Shown: positions 53,369-64,000, counted from the first letter of the stretch. The stretch: 64,000 bases of DNA from Calditrichia bacterium (GCA_963796965.1 CAWCNS010000007.1:288001-352000), one strand, 5' to 3'. Notes: generated by a model from the sequence alone, not told the origin. Program-made: numbers and translations.

Positions 53369-53826
53369 TCAACTTCAATTAAGTAAGTTAACTTTTCCAT
53401 TGCTTCCTCAGGTGTATCTACTGGGTGAATATGTTCAGATACGTCCCATGACCCAATGCCAATAACCGGCTTTTTCAATTGCAATGCAAAAGAAATCTCG
53501 GATAAGGTTCCAAACCCACCGTTAACTGCAATTACGGCATCTGCAGATCGAATTATTATTAAATTGCGCCCAATTCCCATTCCGGTGGCCACAGCAATAT
53601 CCACATATGGATTAGCTTCTGTTGAACTATCACCTGGCAGAATACCAATTGTGACACCCTGTTTAGACTTTGCACCTTTACAAACAGCCTCCATTACCCC
53701 GCCAAGGCCGCCACATATTACCTTAAACCCAGACAATGCAAGTAAACCACCTAATTTTTCTGCTATTTGCCATATATTTTGATCACATTCACGGGCACCA
53801 ATCACAGCAATGGTTTTAGTATACAT
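53365..53826 (-). CDS. TIGR00725-like LOG/Rossmann-fold protein
   Basis: GGLGGVMEA, TIGILPG, RN, GGFGTLSE. Confidence 0.87.
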   Translation of the reverse strand: MYTKTIAVIGARECDQNIWQIAEKLGGLLALSGFKVICGGLGGVMEAVCKGAKSKQGVTIGILPGDSSTEANPYVDIAVATGMGIGRNLIIIRSADAVIAVNGGFGTLSEISFALQLKKPVIGIGSWDVSEHIHPVDTPEEAMEKLTYLIEVE

Positions 53827-53900
53827 ATCAGAGATAATTAATATGTGTTTTATATCAATTTAATTGGAATGAAATGCTTCTTTTGAACACCTGATCTGAT

Positions 53901-54031
53901 TTTTCACGCAGCGCCGCAACGGAAAATCAGTAAAAAATACAAAAAGAGACATTATGATTATAAATTAAAGATCAAAAATATTTTGTATATATTATTATAT
54001 CTCGCTGCGGTGTAGCGTCGCTGCGTGAGAA
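53901..54031. repeat. Composite repeat with inward-facing family-A arms
   Basis: TTTTCACGCAGCGCCGCAACG ... GCGTCGCTGCGTGAGAA. Confidence 0.78.
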
Positions 54032-54098
54032 TCATATTTAGAAAAATTATAAAGCAAAATGCATAGAAAAGCAATTCATGTTTTCTAAATGCAAAAGA

Positions 54099-55395
54099 TC
54101 AAGGATATATGCGTTGCATCAGACGTGGAAACGGTATCGTTTCTCGTAAATGATTAATCCCGCAAATCCAGGCAACCGTGCGCTCAATTCCTAATCCAAA
54201 TCCTGCATGAGGAACCGATCCATATTTTCTCAGATCAAGATACCACTTAAAAGCCTCTTCAGGTAGTTTATGTTCTCTAACACGCTCCAGGAGCAAATCA
54301 TAATCGTCTTCACGCTGTGATCCACCAATAATCTCGCCATATCCTTCCGGAGCCAGCACGTCCATAGCTAAGGCCTGGTCTGGGTTTTCATCATCTCTTT
54401 TCATATAAAAGGCTTTCACAGCTGCAGGATAATGATGGACAATGACCGGTCTATCGTATTTTTGAGAAATAATTGTCTCATCCGCTGCACCAAAATCACC
54501 ACCATGTTCAAAATCCACACCCGCTTCGTGAAGTATTTTGACCGCATCATCATAATGCAACCGCGGGAAAGGTGTTTTGATGGCTTCCAGTTTTGAGATA
54601 TCCCTTTCCAATTTTTCTAACTCCGGCTTTCTATTCTTTAGAACACTCTGGACAATATGTTCGAGGAATTCTTCCGCAAGCTGCATATCCCCGGCTAAAT
54701 CTAAAAAAGTCTACCTCGGGTTCGATCATCCAAAACTCAGTTAAATGGCGTCTTGTTTTGGATTTTTCAGCGCGAAAAGTAGGACCAAAACAGTAGATTT
54801 TGCCAAATGCCATTGCACCTGCTTCACCATATAGTTGCCCGGACTGTGTGAGATACGCATCTCGTCCAAAATATTCGGTGGAAAATAGTGTTGTTGTTCC
54901 TTCAGCAGCATTTGGTGTAAAAATTGGGGTATCTATCAAAACAAAATCACGCTGATCAAAAAATTCTCTTGCTGAACGGATAATCTCATGTCGTATACGC
55001 ATAATCGCATACTGCCGTGAAGATCTTAACCATAAATGACGGTGATCCATAAGGAAATCCACACCGTGCTCTTTTTTTGTGATCGGATATTCCTCGGCGA
55101 CCTGAATAACTTCCACCTCACTTACCTGAATTTCAAATCCTATGGGAGATCGATCATCTCTGGCTACTTTTCCCGTAATACGGCAAGAACTTTCTTGCTG
55201 TAATACATCGGCATTAGAAAAAGTATCTTCGGATACATCTCCTTTAAAAACAACACATTGAATTGTCTCTGATCCATCCCTGACTAATAAAAATCTAAGT
55301 TTACCGCTGGAACGTTTATTATAGATCCATCCCTGGATGATAACTTCTTCATTTTCGTATTGTGCAACATCTTTAATGTAAATCGTCTTAGCCAT
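54099..55395 (-). CDS. asnS: Asparagine--tRNA ligase, one apparent frameshift at ~54710
   Basis: [39 protein letters not shown]. Confidence 0.93.
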
Positions 55396-55548
55396 AATAT
55401 TTGTAAACGCTTCCTTTCCATCAATTACAATGTTTTAATAGTGACTGTCTTCTTAATCATTCCAATGCATTGTAATTTATGTATTATGCCCTCACTGTTC
55501 AATAGAGTTCAATAAAAAGTGAATTGTTATTCTCAATCGCTTATATGA

Positions 55549-55663
55549 TCTCTCGCAGAGGCGCAAAGGCGCGGAGATCGCTAAAAAAAGACAAAAGATA
55601 AAAGATCAAAGATAAAAGATAAATGATCAAAGATAAAAATAATAATCCATGAATTTCACGAAT
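55549..55663 (+). repeat. Family A arm, 7-mer tandem (AAAAGAT)n, family B arm
   Basis: TCTCTCGCAGAGGCGCAAAGGCGCGGAG; about 7 copies of AAAAGAT/CAAAGAT; TCCATGAATTTCACGAAT. Confidence 0.8.
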
Positions 55664-55761
55664 AAAAATATAAAAGGATTGTTTGAAGAAAGTAAATTAA
55701 TATTTTATTTACATTCTTAAGAATCATTAAAAGTATAAATTTAATTAGTGGAAAAGAGTCT

Positions 55762-56772
55762 TTAGATTCTTTTTGCTTTGATGAATTCTTCAATCATGCT
55801 CACGTCATCTGCGCAGCCAATAAATAATGGTACCCGTTGATGAATTTCTTCCGGCATAATTTCCAAAATATCAATATTTCCATTACTTGCCCTGCCTCCG
55901 GCCTGCTCCACGATAAAGGCCATTGGATTGGCCTCATACATAAGTCTTAATTTTCCGTTTTCTGTCCTTGAGCTGGCCGGATATAAATATATACCACCAT
56001 AGAGTAAATTACGATGGATATCTGAAACCATAGAGCCAATATAACGCGAATTCAGCGGCCGGTTTGTCTTATCATCAGTCGCCTTTACATAGCGAATATA
56101 ATTCTTTATAACATCATCCCAGTAATCAAAATTGCTTTCATTTACACTGTAGATATGTGCTTTTTTTGGTGTTTGAATGTTCGGATGCGAGAGGACGAAT
56201 TCACCATAGCTGGGATCAAGCGTGAATCCATGTACTCCGTTTCCGGTTGTATAAACGAGCATGGTACTGGAGCCATATACCACATATCCCGCACAAAGTT
56301 GTTGTTTTCCTGGCTGGAGGCAATCCTGAAGGGTTCCGGGGCGCCCTTCCGCAGAGACACGACGATAAATAGAAAATATGGTTCCGACACTAACATTGGC
56401 GTCTATATTAGAAGAACCGTCTAAGGGATCAAACATGCAGACATATTTCCCAACCGGATATTGTTCCGGGATTGGTATAATTTCCTCCTCTTCTTCCGAG
56501 GCCATACAACATAAATTTCCCCCATGATCCAGCGATTTTATCATCGTTTCATTGGCAAATTCATCCAACTTTTTTACAACCTCACCTTGAACATTCACCT
56601 TTTCTGTCTCACCCAGAACATCGAGCAAGCCGGCTTTATTTGTATGATAAGATATCCGTTTTGCTGCAAAACAAATATCGTTCATCAAGTTGGTAAATTC
56701 ACCTGTAGCGTTTGGAAAACGGTGTTGTTCATCAATAATATGGCGGGTTAAGGTTATGATTTGGCCAGACAT
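55762..56772 (-). CDS. fbp: Fructose-1,6-bisphosphatase class 1
   Basis: FDPLDGSSNID, RYIGSMV, GKLRLMYEANP. Confidence 0.97.
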   Translation of the reverse strand: MSGQIITLTRHIIDEQHRFPNATGEFTNLMNDICFAAKRISYHTNKAGLLDVLGETEKVNVQGEVVKKLDEFANETMIKSLDHGGNLCCMASEEEEEIIPIPEQYPVGKYVCMFDPLDGSSNIDANVSVGTIFSIYRRVSAEGRPGTLQDCLQPGKQQLCAGYVVYGSSTMLVYTTGNGVHGFTLDPSYGEFVLSHPNIQTPKKAHIYSVNESNFDYWDDVIKNYIRYVKATDDKTNRPLNSRYIGSMVSDIHRNLLYGGIYLYPASSRTENGKLRLMYEANPMAFIVEQAGGRASNGNIDILEIMPEEIHQRVPLFIGCADDVSMIEEFIKAKRI

Positions 56773-56893
56773 TTATCCCCCTCTAAAATTTTTCTTAATC
56801 GGTATCAATTGATATTAATTGAAAATTATCTTTTATATCATTTACACGAAGGCAATACGGAATTTGGGAATCTATTTCAAACGGAGTTGTGAG

Positions 56894-56962
56894 AGATGCT
56901 GAAAACCTGAAAAAAGTTCACCGAAGGAGTCATTTGGACAGGCCAGGCAAATTCAGCATGAC
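56894..56962. repeat. REP-like palindrome with internal insertion
   Basis: AGATGCTGAAA-[43 nt]-CAAATTCAGCATGAC. Confidence 0.6.
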
Positions 56963-57010
56963 CCTGCTAATATCAGACAATTATAAATGAGGTTAAGGTT
57001 TATGTATACA

Positions 57011-57850
57011 TCATTTTGCCAATAATATTGGTTTGGCCGCGCCGCGCATTACCTCGAGTGTTGTACTCCCTAATATGGCCTCCCTGATACGGGAATGTCC
57101 GAAGCTACCCATGATCAATAATGTCGTATCCGGTGCATTAGCAGTGGCGTTTACAATTATTTTGGCCGGATCGCCGGCTTCATGCCTAAACTGCGCTTCT
57201 AAGTTATAGGGTTTCAAATAAGTGCGTGCCTCTTCAAGGGTCTCATCCCGATCCCCGGTATCATCATTTACTGTTAACACATCCAAAGGAAGTTCCAGTT
57301 TTTCTCCGAAATAGGCGGCAAGCCTGAGTCCGGCATTACTTGATTCGCTTCTATCATAGGCACAGGTAATAGAATTGAAGGGAAAAAAGGCCTTATCAAC
57401 TATCATTAGTGGAGAGTGATTTTGATGCGATACCGGCTCAAGTGTTGCACCAAGAAGGCGATCTCCCCAGCGGGCATAATCGCCCCTTGCTCCCATAATA
57501 ACCAGGTCCACTTGTCTTGAAATATCACATAGGACCTCCACGGGCGATCCCTCGATTTTATCAGCCTCGAACTTAATACCACTGCTGTTTAATTTCTTAC
57601 GCAAAGAGGTAATAAGTCCGTCTGCCCGTTCTGTATGAAATTTATAAGATTCATCATGAAATACATTTGAAGGAATAACGGGCATATAACCTTCCCCTCC
57701 GGTGTTTAATACCCACTCATATATCCGTATATCAACAACCGTATAAACACGCAAGAAGGCATTTAGCTTCTTTGCGAGATCAATGCCATAACTTACCACA
57801 GAATCGGTATAGATTGATCCGTCAACTGCTAATAAAATGGATTTTATCAT
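57011..57850 (-). CDS. Universal stress protein (tandem USP domains)
   Basis: ILLAVDGS, DLVIMGARG, MGSFGHSRIREAILGSTT. Confidence 0.92.
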   Translation of the reverse strand: MIKSILLAVDGSIYTDSVVSYGIDLAKKLNAFLRVYTVVDIRIYEWVLNTGGEGYMPVIPSNVFHDESYKFHTERADGLITSLRKKLNSSGIKFEADKIEGSPVEVLCDISRQVDLVIMGARGDYARWGDRLLGATLEPVSHQNHSPLMIVDKAFFPFNSITCAYDRSESSNAGLRLAAYFGEKLELPLDVLTVNDDTGDRDETLEEARTYLKPYNLEAQFRHEAGDPAKIIVNATANAPDTTLLIMGSFGHSRIREAILGSTTLEVMRGAAKPILLAK

Positions 57851-58134
57851 ACCTCCTCCTTGTTATTTTATAGGAAGTGTAAAAAATAACCACCCGTACC
57901 AGCTCCGACGTTGCCGGATCTCAACGGGGCAGTCAGAGTACACTGAGTAATTTATTAATTTTATTTACTTTAACAATGATTATAATTACCCCCGCTCTGT
58001 GGACTCTTATAATATGACCCTCCTTATTCCTTCTTTTAATTTGTCCACATTAAAATTGATCAACAGTTCAAATAATAATCATCAGAAATCACAAAATATT
58101 TTTCTTTGTCTTTTTTCTTTGTCCTATTTTTTTC

Positions 58135-59136
58135 TTAGCCCCAGTCCTCGATTTTAGCATCTCTGGTCATCAAGTCTCTCATGGCTTCCACAGGAGGCTT
58201 GTCTTCAAATAAAGCCATGTAAACCTGCTCAGTTATCGGCATTTCAATCTTTTCACGCAGAGATAATTCGTGCGCCGATGCGGTTGTTTTTACACCCTCG
58301 GCAACCATTACCATTTCCTCAAGCACTACTTGAAGTTTTCTTCCTTTTCCTATCTGTTCTCCAACATAACGGTTTCGTGAATGTTGACTTGTACACGTAA
58401 CGATCAAGTCTCCCATTCCCGACAATCCGGCAAATGTATCCGGATTCGCTCCCAATTTCACACCTATTCTATTAATTTCTGCCAATCCCCGGGTGATAAG
58501 TGCTGCCTTCGTGTTATCACCAAATCCAGCCCCATCGCAAATACCTGCAGCAACCGCTATAATATTTTTTAATGCCCCTCCTAATTCAACACCGGTGATA
58601 TCAAGATTGGCATAAACACGTAAATAGTCTGTCATGAAAAGATCCTGAACTAATGTGGCTGTACCTCTATCAATACTGGCTGAAACGATAGCTGAAGGGA
58701 TCTTTCGACTTACCTCTTCTGCATGGGTTGGGCCAAAAAGAACAGCAATTTTATGAGGAGAAATATTTCCGGCTTCAGCAATAACCTCAGATACGCGTAA
58801 AAGGGTGTTATTTTCAATCCCTTTTGCCACATTCACCCAAATGAGATCTTGATTTTTATCTGGATCTAAGGCCTTTACAACCGATCTAACAGCATGTGAT
58901 GGTACCGCAACTACCACAACCTCTGCTCCGTTCATGCTATCAACCAAATCGTTCGTAAATTTTATTTCTTTTGGAAGAATTATACCCGGTAGGAATTTTT
59001 TGTTTTCTGCTGAGGCATTTATCGATTCAACATCTTTTTTATCAAAGGACCAACAGGTGACCTGATGTTGGTTTTGATTTAAAATTATTGCCAGGGTAGT
59101 TCCCCAACTGCCGGCACCCAAAATCGTTACATTCAC
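58135..59136 (-). CDS. gpsA: NAD(P)H-dependent glycerol-3-phosphate dehydrogenase
   Basis: GAGSWGT, KGIE, GALKN, GDLIVTC.S.HSRN. Confidence 0.96.
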   Translation of the reverse strand: MNVTILGAGSWGTTLAIILNQNQHQVTCWSFDKKDVESINASAENKKFLPGIILPKEIKFTNDLVDSMNGAEVVVVAVPSHAVRSVVKALDPDKNQDLIWVNVAKGIENNTLLRVSEVIAEAGNISPHKIAVLFGPTHAEEVSRKIPSAIVSASIDRGTATLVQDLFMTDYLRVYANLDITGVELGGALKNIIAVAAGICDGAGFGDNTKAALITRGLAEINRIGVKLGANPDTFAGLSGMGDLIVTCTSQHSRNRYVGEQIGKGRKLQVVLEEMVMVAEGVKTTASAHELSLREKIEMPITEQVYMALFEDKPPVEAMRDLMTRDAKIEDWG

Positions 59137-59774
59137 TTATCATCACCTTTTTTGAAATTAATCTTATTTTCCGTTCCGGCAGCTAACCGGCTGATATTTT
59201 CACGGTGTGTGACAACAATTAGAATCGCCAGTATAACACCAATCAGAATATGAGGCATGGGTACCTGCCGATCTAATCCATATTTTTGTAATAAAAGAAT
59301 AATAGGCAGCATTACCGCCGCGGTAATCGAACCAAGAGAGACAAAATGAGTGCGATAGACAATGCCAATAAAAACCAGCAAACAAATAAGGACCGGGATT
59401 GGTTGCAGGCCAAGGAATACGCCTGCAGCGGTTCCCACGCCCTTTCCGCCCCTAAATTTGGCAAATACAGTCCAAATATGCCCGCAAATAGCTGAAAGGC
59501 CGGCAAGAATTTGATAAACGGCAAATGTTTCAGGATCCTGGACATCAGGTATGATCATGACAACCCAATAAACGGCAGCAAAACCTTTAAACATATCTAA
59601 TAATAGAACGATCAAGCCTGTCTTCCAGCCTAAAACCCGCAGAACATTTGTAGCGCCAGCATTGCCGCTCCCATGCTCACGTATGTCGATATTCTTTTGG
59701 AGTCTACCGGCAATTAAAGCCGTAGGTATCGATCCGATCAGGTAGCTAAGAATGAGAACAAGGATAATTTCCAA
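59133..59774 (-). CDS. plsY: Glycerol-3-phosphate acyltransferase PlsY
   Basis: GSIP, GSGNAGATN..R, GH..FRGGKGV, HRENI. Confidence 0.95.
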   Translation of the reverse strand: MEIILVLILSYLIGSIPTALIAGRLQKNIDIREHGSGNAGATNVLRVLGWKTGLIVLLLDMFKGFAAVYWVVMIIPDVQDPETFAVYQILAGLSAICGHIWTVFAKFRGGKGVGTAAGVFLGLQPIPVLICLLVFIGIVYRTHFVSLGSITAAVMLPIILLLQKYGLDRQVPMPHILIGVILAILIVVTHRENISRLAAGTENKINFKKGDDK

Positions 59775-59878
59775 GTCTATAACCCCTTTTTAATTAGAAT
59801 AGATGCAGATACAAGATATTAGATTCAATGATGCAGGTGTGTTTATAATATAGTAAAATATAAGCACTAATATCTCCC

Positions 59879-59976
59879 AAAAAAAGGGAAAAGGTAAAGG
59901 ATCAAAACCGCAATTACAAATTACGAATTACGAATTACAAATTTTTAGGATCTTTCCCTTTTACCTTTTACCTTTG
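59879..59976. repeat. Nested 7-mer repeats: AAAAGGT arm, (AATTACG)n core, ACCTTTT arm
   Basis: AAAAAGGGAAAAGGTAAAGG ... AATTACAAATTACGAATTACGAATTACAAATT ... TTTCCCTTTTACCTTTTACCTTT. Confidence 0.75.
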
Positions 59977-61839
59977 GCCTTCTAATGCAATTTCTCTAAC
60001 TGAGACATCATCTACATAGAAGACCGCCGTGGGCACCGGGTCATCTCCATCCTCCAGGGGTTCATAGGGATCTTGATTTGGCGTATTCCGGTTGGGAAGA
60101 TCACGATAGGCCCCTGTCCGGAATGAAATCCGCTCAACTGATTTCACTGATTCTGAAAACTGTGCCTTATCTAAAACAGATTTACCATCAACGAGCAAAC
60201 TATAGGTACCATAGTTGGCGGTATTCATGATAATTTTAATTTTATGCCATTTATCTAACCCATAAGATTGAAGAACAACCTTCTTATTACCATTATTTGC
60301 TTTTATTTTCCCATCTTTGTCAAAACAAATTCGCACTGGTCTGTTGCCAAATCGATCCGTAATATCAATTTCAATCCGTTCTGTATAAGAATTTTCAGTT
60401 AAAATGCTGAATGTAAGTGCCAAATTTTTCGATTCTTTAAAGACACGAATAGCCCTGGCATAGTCATAACGATCTTTATCTTTTAGTTGGAGGCATTTGT
60501 TCTTTGAGGCGGCAAATTCCACCACATTTACCGGCGCCCACTTTGGGGCATAAATATTCCACTCATCGATATTCTCTCCAACTTTCATCGTTTCAAAATC
60601 ATCATTCACATCAGATTCCACTTTATATCTGATTGGAACCGGTATTCGACTTACCCAAATATCTTCTTTGTTCATACTATAAGTAAGCCACATATCGTTT
60701 CCCGGTGGATTTCCATTGCCTTCAACAATCCCACGGACATAACAGGGACCAAAATCTTTCCATCGTCCATAAAATCGTCTTGGGGGAACCTCACCTTGCA
60801 CAATAAGCATATCATCAAAGATAATACCGTCATCCCCGCTAATGACGATCAAGGGGTAGCGGTGCTCATCCAATTCAATGGGATTGTAAGACATAGCAAA
60901 CCGATTATCATCTGTACGTTGTCCCCATACTTTACCCCCGGCCATTCGTAAAGTTGGCACCCTGACTGGATTGGAAAAATTTGCTCCACCGTCAAAAGAC
61001 AAGGCGCAGGCCGATCGCTTATATAAAGCGACAACATTACCATCCTTCCGATGGAAGTAAGAAAGGGCTTCACGGGCTTTTTTATTGTTAAAAAATCCAT
61101 CCAGGCCACGATCCTCGTCCCACCACTGGGCCGTTATAAGAGGATCGGCGAGCAAAGCATCACAAGCCTTAATAAATTCTTTATCAGAAGACTTATTATA
61201 ACTCGGGTAGGAAGTGTTTACTTCATTCCAATTGGCATGACTGGTATATCGGATAAAATAAATCGGCCCAAAGGAACCATCTTTGTAGGCCTCACGCACG
61301 ACTCGCCCAATACCCCCAACGGTGAATGGGTCTTCTGCGTGACCGTAAAAAGCAAGCACCAGTAATTTACCAGAAGGTGTAACATAAAATCCCATCCGTT
61401 GATGCATCATATAGCCACTATAGCCCTCTGGTATCTTTACGCCATCCGGAGTTTTATATGGCGGGAATATAATGACCGGTTTCGTCCAATTTCTTCCGTC
61501 TTTTGATGTTGTGATTAAGGTTTGTCCCGGAGCGATATGTTCATCCACCGGATTACTGAGGTATTGCTGATAAAAGGTATTATTCCAGTAGCATAAGTTG
61601 GACGCATGGCTATAAGTCCAGCCATTGCCATCAACTAATTCAGGGTGTGTCCGGTTAACGCGAACGGTTTGCCGGCTTTCAACACCGATAGCATAGCGAA
61701 GTCCCCCATCATGCACTCTGGGATCAATGTTAGTACCCCCAACATAACGTACCGGTTCATTTATGCTGCCCGTCTGACTATAACCTGTTTGTAAAGAAAT
61801 AAAATAAAATATAGCACAAAAGAAAAAAATCGTTTTCAT
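59968..61839 (-). CDS. Secreted glycoside hydrolase resembling the GH143 module of BT1020
   Basis: HDG, WTY.H, YLSNP.DEH, SKDGRNW Asp-box, MHQRMGF, SMNKEDIW (recalled similarity). Confidence 0.65.
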   Translation of the reverse strand: MKTIFFFCAIFYFISLQTGYSQTGSINEPVRYVGGTNIDPRVHDGGLRYAIGVESRQTVRVNRTHPELVDGNGWTYSHASNLCYWNNTFYQQYLSNPVDEHIAPGQTLITTSKDGRNWTKPVIIFPPYKTPDGVKIPEGYSGYMMHQRMGFYVTPSGKLLVLAFYGHAEDPFTVGGIGRVVREAYKDGSFGPIYFIRYTSHANWNEVNTSYPSYNKSSDKEFIKACDALLADPLITAQWWDEDRGLDGFFNNKKAREALSYFHRKDGNVVALYKRSACALSFDGGANFSNPVRVPTLRMAGGKVWGQRTDDNRFAMSYNPIELDEHRYPLIVISGDDGIIFDDMLIVQGEVPPRRFYGRWKDFGPCYVRGIVEGNGNPPGNDMWLTYSMNKEDIWVSRIPVPIRYKVESDVNDDFETMKVGENIDEWNIYAPKWAPVNVVEFAASKNKCLQLKDKDRYDYARAIRVFKESKNLALTFSILTENSYTERIEIDITDRFGNRPVRICFDKDGKIKANNGNKKVVLQSYGLDKWHKIKIIMNTANYGTYSLLVDGKSVLDKAQFSESVKSVERISFRTGAYRDLPNRNTPNQDPYEPLEDGDDPVPTAVFYVDDVSVREIALEGQR

Positions 61840-62031
61840 AATTGCCCCTATTATTCAAATCATAATGTCATAAAGAGGATAATTTCTATTATATAAGTCT
61901 TTTTTAATGCAGAGTTTTATGAGCATGACGCAGAGCGCACGGAGCATAGTATGATATGTCCTTATTCAAAGTTTTTTCTCCTTACGCTTTGATTGAGGCT
62001 CTGTGTAACTTTGCGAACTCAGCGATTAATA

Positions 62032-62944
62032 TTAGCTGAATATTTCACTTAAATATCGTATAAATTCCGGTGTGTGGCAATATGAATCAAACATTTCTAT
62101 ACCCAATAGTGGTTTAGAAGATGAAGGCAAAGTGCTTATCGGGTTAATATCCCGATTAAATAGATAATTTTCCCTATCACCATCGGACTTATTTATAATA
62201 TAGCGCTGTACAGTTACATCCTGCGTTGATAACTTTGTTTTTATATCAACTGATTCAGCAAAAGAAAGTTCATCGTTGTTCAGAATCACACATACACGTG
62301 TTTGGTTTTTATGTTTAAAATAACTATCCAGTTTTTCATGTTCTTTTTGTAGTTGAAGCAGATGATCAAGAGTTTTATCATGAGAAGATTTTTTTTTACC
62401 TGCTTTTACCGTCTCAATAATGTTCTTTTTCTCCAGAATTTGTCTGCGAATCTGAATAAGTTTTTCTAACCACACAAGCGATAATCCGGGGAGGTTAAAA
62501 AAGCGTAATGCCAACGCCGTTGGGGGCATATCAAATATAAGATAATCAAAGTCTTCATATTTTTTGAGTATTGATTGATACGCAAATATCAGGGCATATT
62601 CTTCCATGCCAGGCGAATATTTAATAATTTCCAAATGTTTTTCCAGACCTAATGAAGTTAGGTATTGGTAGGATTGAGATACTTGATTTTCAATTGTCTC
62701 TAAATATTTTTTAATCCATGCGTCAATATCGATCTCCTCAAGATATAAATTATCATTAATTGCTATGCTTTCTTTAGATGTTGATATCTTAAATGCATCG
62801 AAGAGATTATGAGCAGGATCAAGAGAAACGAGAACAACCTTTTTGTTTTTACCTGCCATGGCAAGGGCCGTAAGGGCTGATATAGTGGTTTTCCCTGTTC
62901 CTCCCTTACCTAGTAAAAAAGAATTTTTTATTTTTTCCAGACAT
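62032..62944 (-). CDS. ArsA/GET3-like ATPase (start needs a 1-nt correction or a CTG start)
   Basis: In-frame GKGGTGKTT upstream of the ORF-track start; SLDPAHNL, SPGMEE, DMPPT. Confidence 0.82.
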
Positions 62945-62945
62945 T

Positions 62946-63236
62946 CTATCCGATATCCAGATTTGAGAAAAGAACAGATACAGGACCGGAGGCCATATCA
63001 ACTTTGTTGATCATGGCGATGAGTTCATCTTCCATATGGGGCAATAACTCCAGCGTTAATTGAACCGGTGCGGTTGGGATACCAACGAAGGATCCAAAAA
63101 CCAGAAGTGTAAATATATTTTCGAGTTCGGATTTTTCCCACTCTACCATATCCACTGCCTGATGGCGTGTTGCGGTTTTAATGAGATTTAGTTTTTTATT
63201 GAATGATTTAACTATTTTTGAAATATAATTGGTCAT
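62946..63236 (-). CDS. Small CstA-associated protein (cory-CC-star-like)
   Basis: ELENIFTLLVFGSFVGIP..LELLP; lies between cstA and the ArsA-like gene. Confidence 0.7.
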   Translation of the reverse strand: MTNYISKIVKSFNKKLNLIKTATRHQAVDMVEWEKSELENIFTLLVFGSFVGIPTAPVQLTLELLPHMEDELIAMINKVDMASGPVSVLFSNLDIG

Positions 63237-63261
63237 ATAATTAATAGTTTAAAAAAAATTA

Positions 63262-63564
63262 TTCACGCAGCGACGCAACGCCGCAGCGCTCATAAGACAA
63301 AAGGAAAAAGACAAAATGATATACGAATACTTCTTAAATCATTTATCTTTGAACTTTAATTTTCAGAAATTATTATTGCTGTCATCCCATCCCGGAACGG
63401 GATCGCGTCTCGGGAAAAGGATCTTCCTTCTTGTCGATTCAAATCCTGCATGAAGAAAGATTCTTGAGATAAGATATATATAATAAATAATTTGTGAAAT
63501 TCGTATGAATTAGTGTAATTAGTGGATACTCTTTCTCTGTGTCTTTGCGCCTCTGCGAGAGAAA
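63262..63564. repeat. Nested composite repeat A(7-mer, C, B)A
   Basis: A forward 63262-63288, C from 63381, B reverse 63492-63526, A reverse 63535-63564. Confidence 0.82.
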
Positions 63565-63595
63565 TCAATATCCCAATATCCTCAATCTATTTTCT

Positions 63596-64000
63596 CTATG
63601 GCATTTCTGACGTGGTCGACGTGACCCCCTCTTTGCTAAAGAACTTGATTACACCTTCAACAATAATCCAGGATACAATAAGGACAATGGCAGCATTAAT
63701 GATCTGCAATAGCAGGCTATTACTACTACCAAATTGAACCTGGTTCATTAAAGAAGCCCATAGAGTCATAACGGACATAAAAATGGCCGGAATACCGGGA
63801 ATTATCCATTTCCAACCACCATCACGACGTAAATAGAGTGTTGCCAAAATTAAGGCCAGAGCAGCCAGGGTTTGATTCACAGCCCCAAAAAGTGGCCACA
63901 ATGCTAAAGCACCCTTTCCGTCCGCACCGGAAGCAAATGCCAGGATAGACTGCTGTTACCACTGCAAAACCGGTTGCCATATGTCGATTTTTTAATTGTC
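63596..64000 (-). CDS. cstA: Carbon starvation protein CstA, C-terminal part, apparent frameshift at ~63949
   Basis: KNRHMAT...LWPLFGAVNQTLAAL motif. Confidence 0.85.

Noticed and set aside
55549..55663. CRISPR array
   Set aside because: Short tandem 7-9 nt units without regular unique spacers; no cas genes in the window.
62032..62944. Arsenic-resistance arsA
   Set aside because: Single ATPase domain in a cstA context with no ars operon genes.

Overview
AT-rich bacterial chromosomal window, mostly housekeeping genes. Gene style suggests an FCB-related lineage such as Calditrichota (inference). It appears to span the replication terminus: almost every gene from 1-31.9 kb is on +, every gene from 32-64 kb is on -, and a 28-bp dif-like site lies at the switch (31519-31546). 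Content: sodA, rimP-nusA-infB-DUF503-rbfA-truB-ribF-rpsO-pnp, panBCD, pcm, leuS, csrA, liuBC-like, pdxST, engB, trxA, mobA, rlpA, cobB, apt, acyP, asnS, fbp, gpsA, plsY, a cstA/ArsA triad and three tRNAs (Pro-GGG, Pro-CGG, Arg-CCT). No CRISPR array, rRNA, integrase or transposase was seen. Main observations: (1) many longer intergenic gaps hold nested, inward-facing composite repeat cassettes built from 8-, 9- and 7-nt-period modules plus REP-like palindromes, some carrying further mini-insertions; (2) most single-base frameshifts, including the apparent LeuRS-membrane protein fusion, fall at AGCT, probably a sequencing-error footprint of AGCT methylation; (3) an unannotated 51-aa stand-alone MshEN-like protein; (4) several apparently degenerate enzymes (AlaDH-like; an eIF-2B-like/AbrB/PIN/YqeC-like operon); (5) a hairpin-interrupted duplicate of the tRNA-Pro 3' half. 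All calls are by eye, without database searches.
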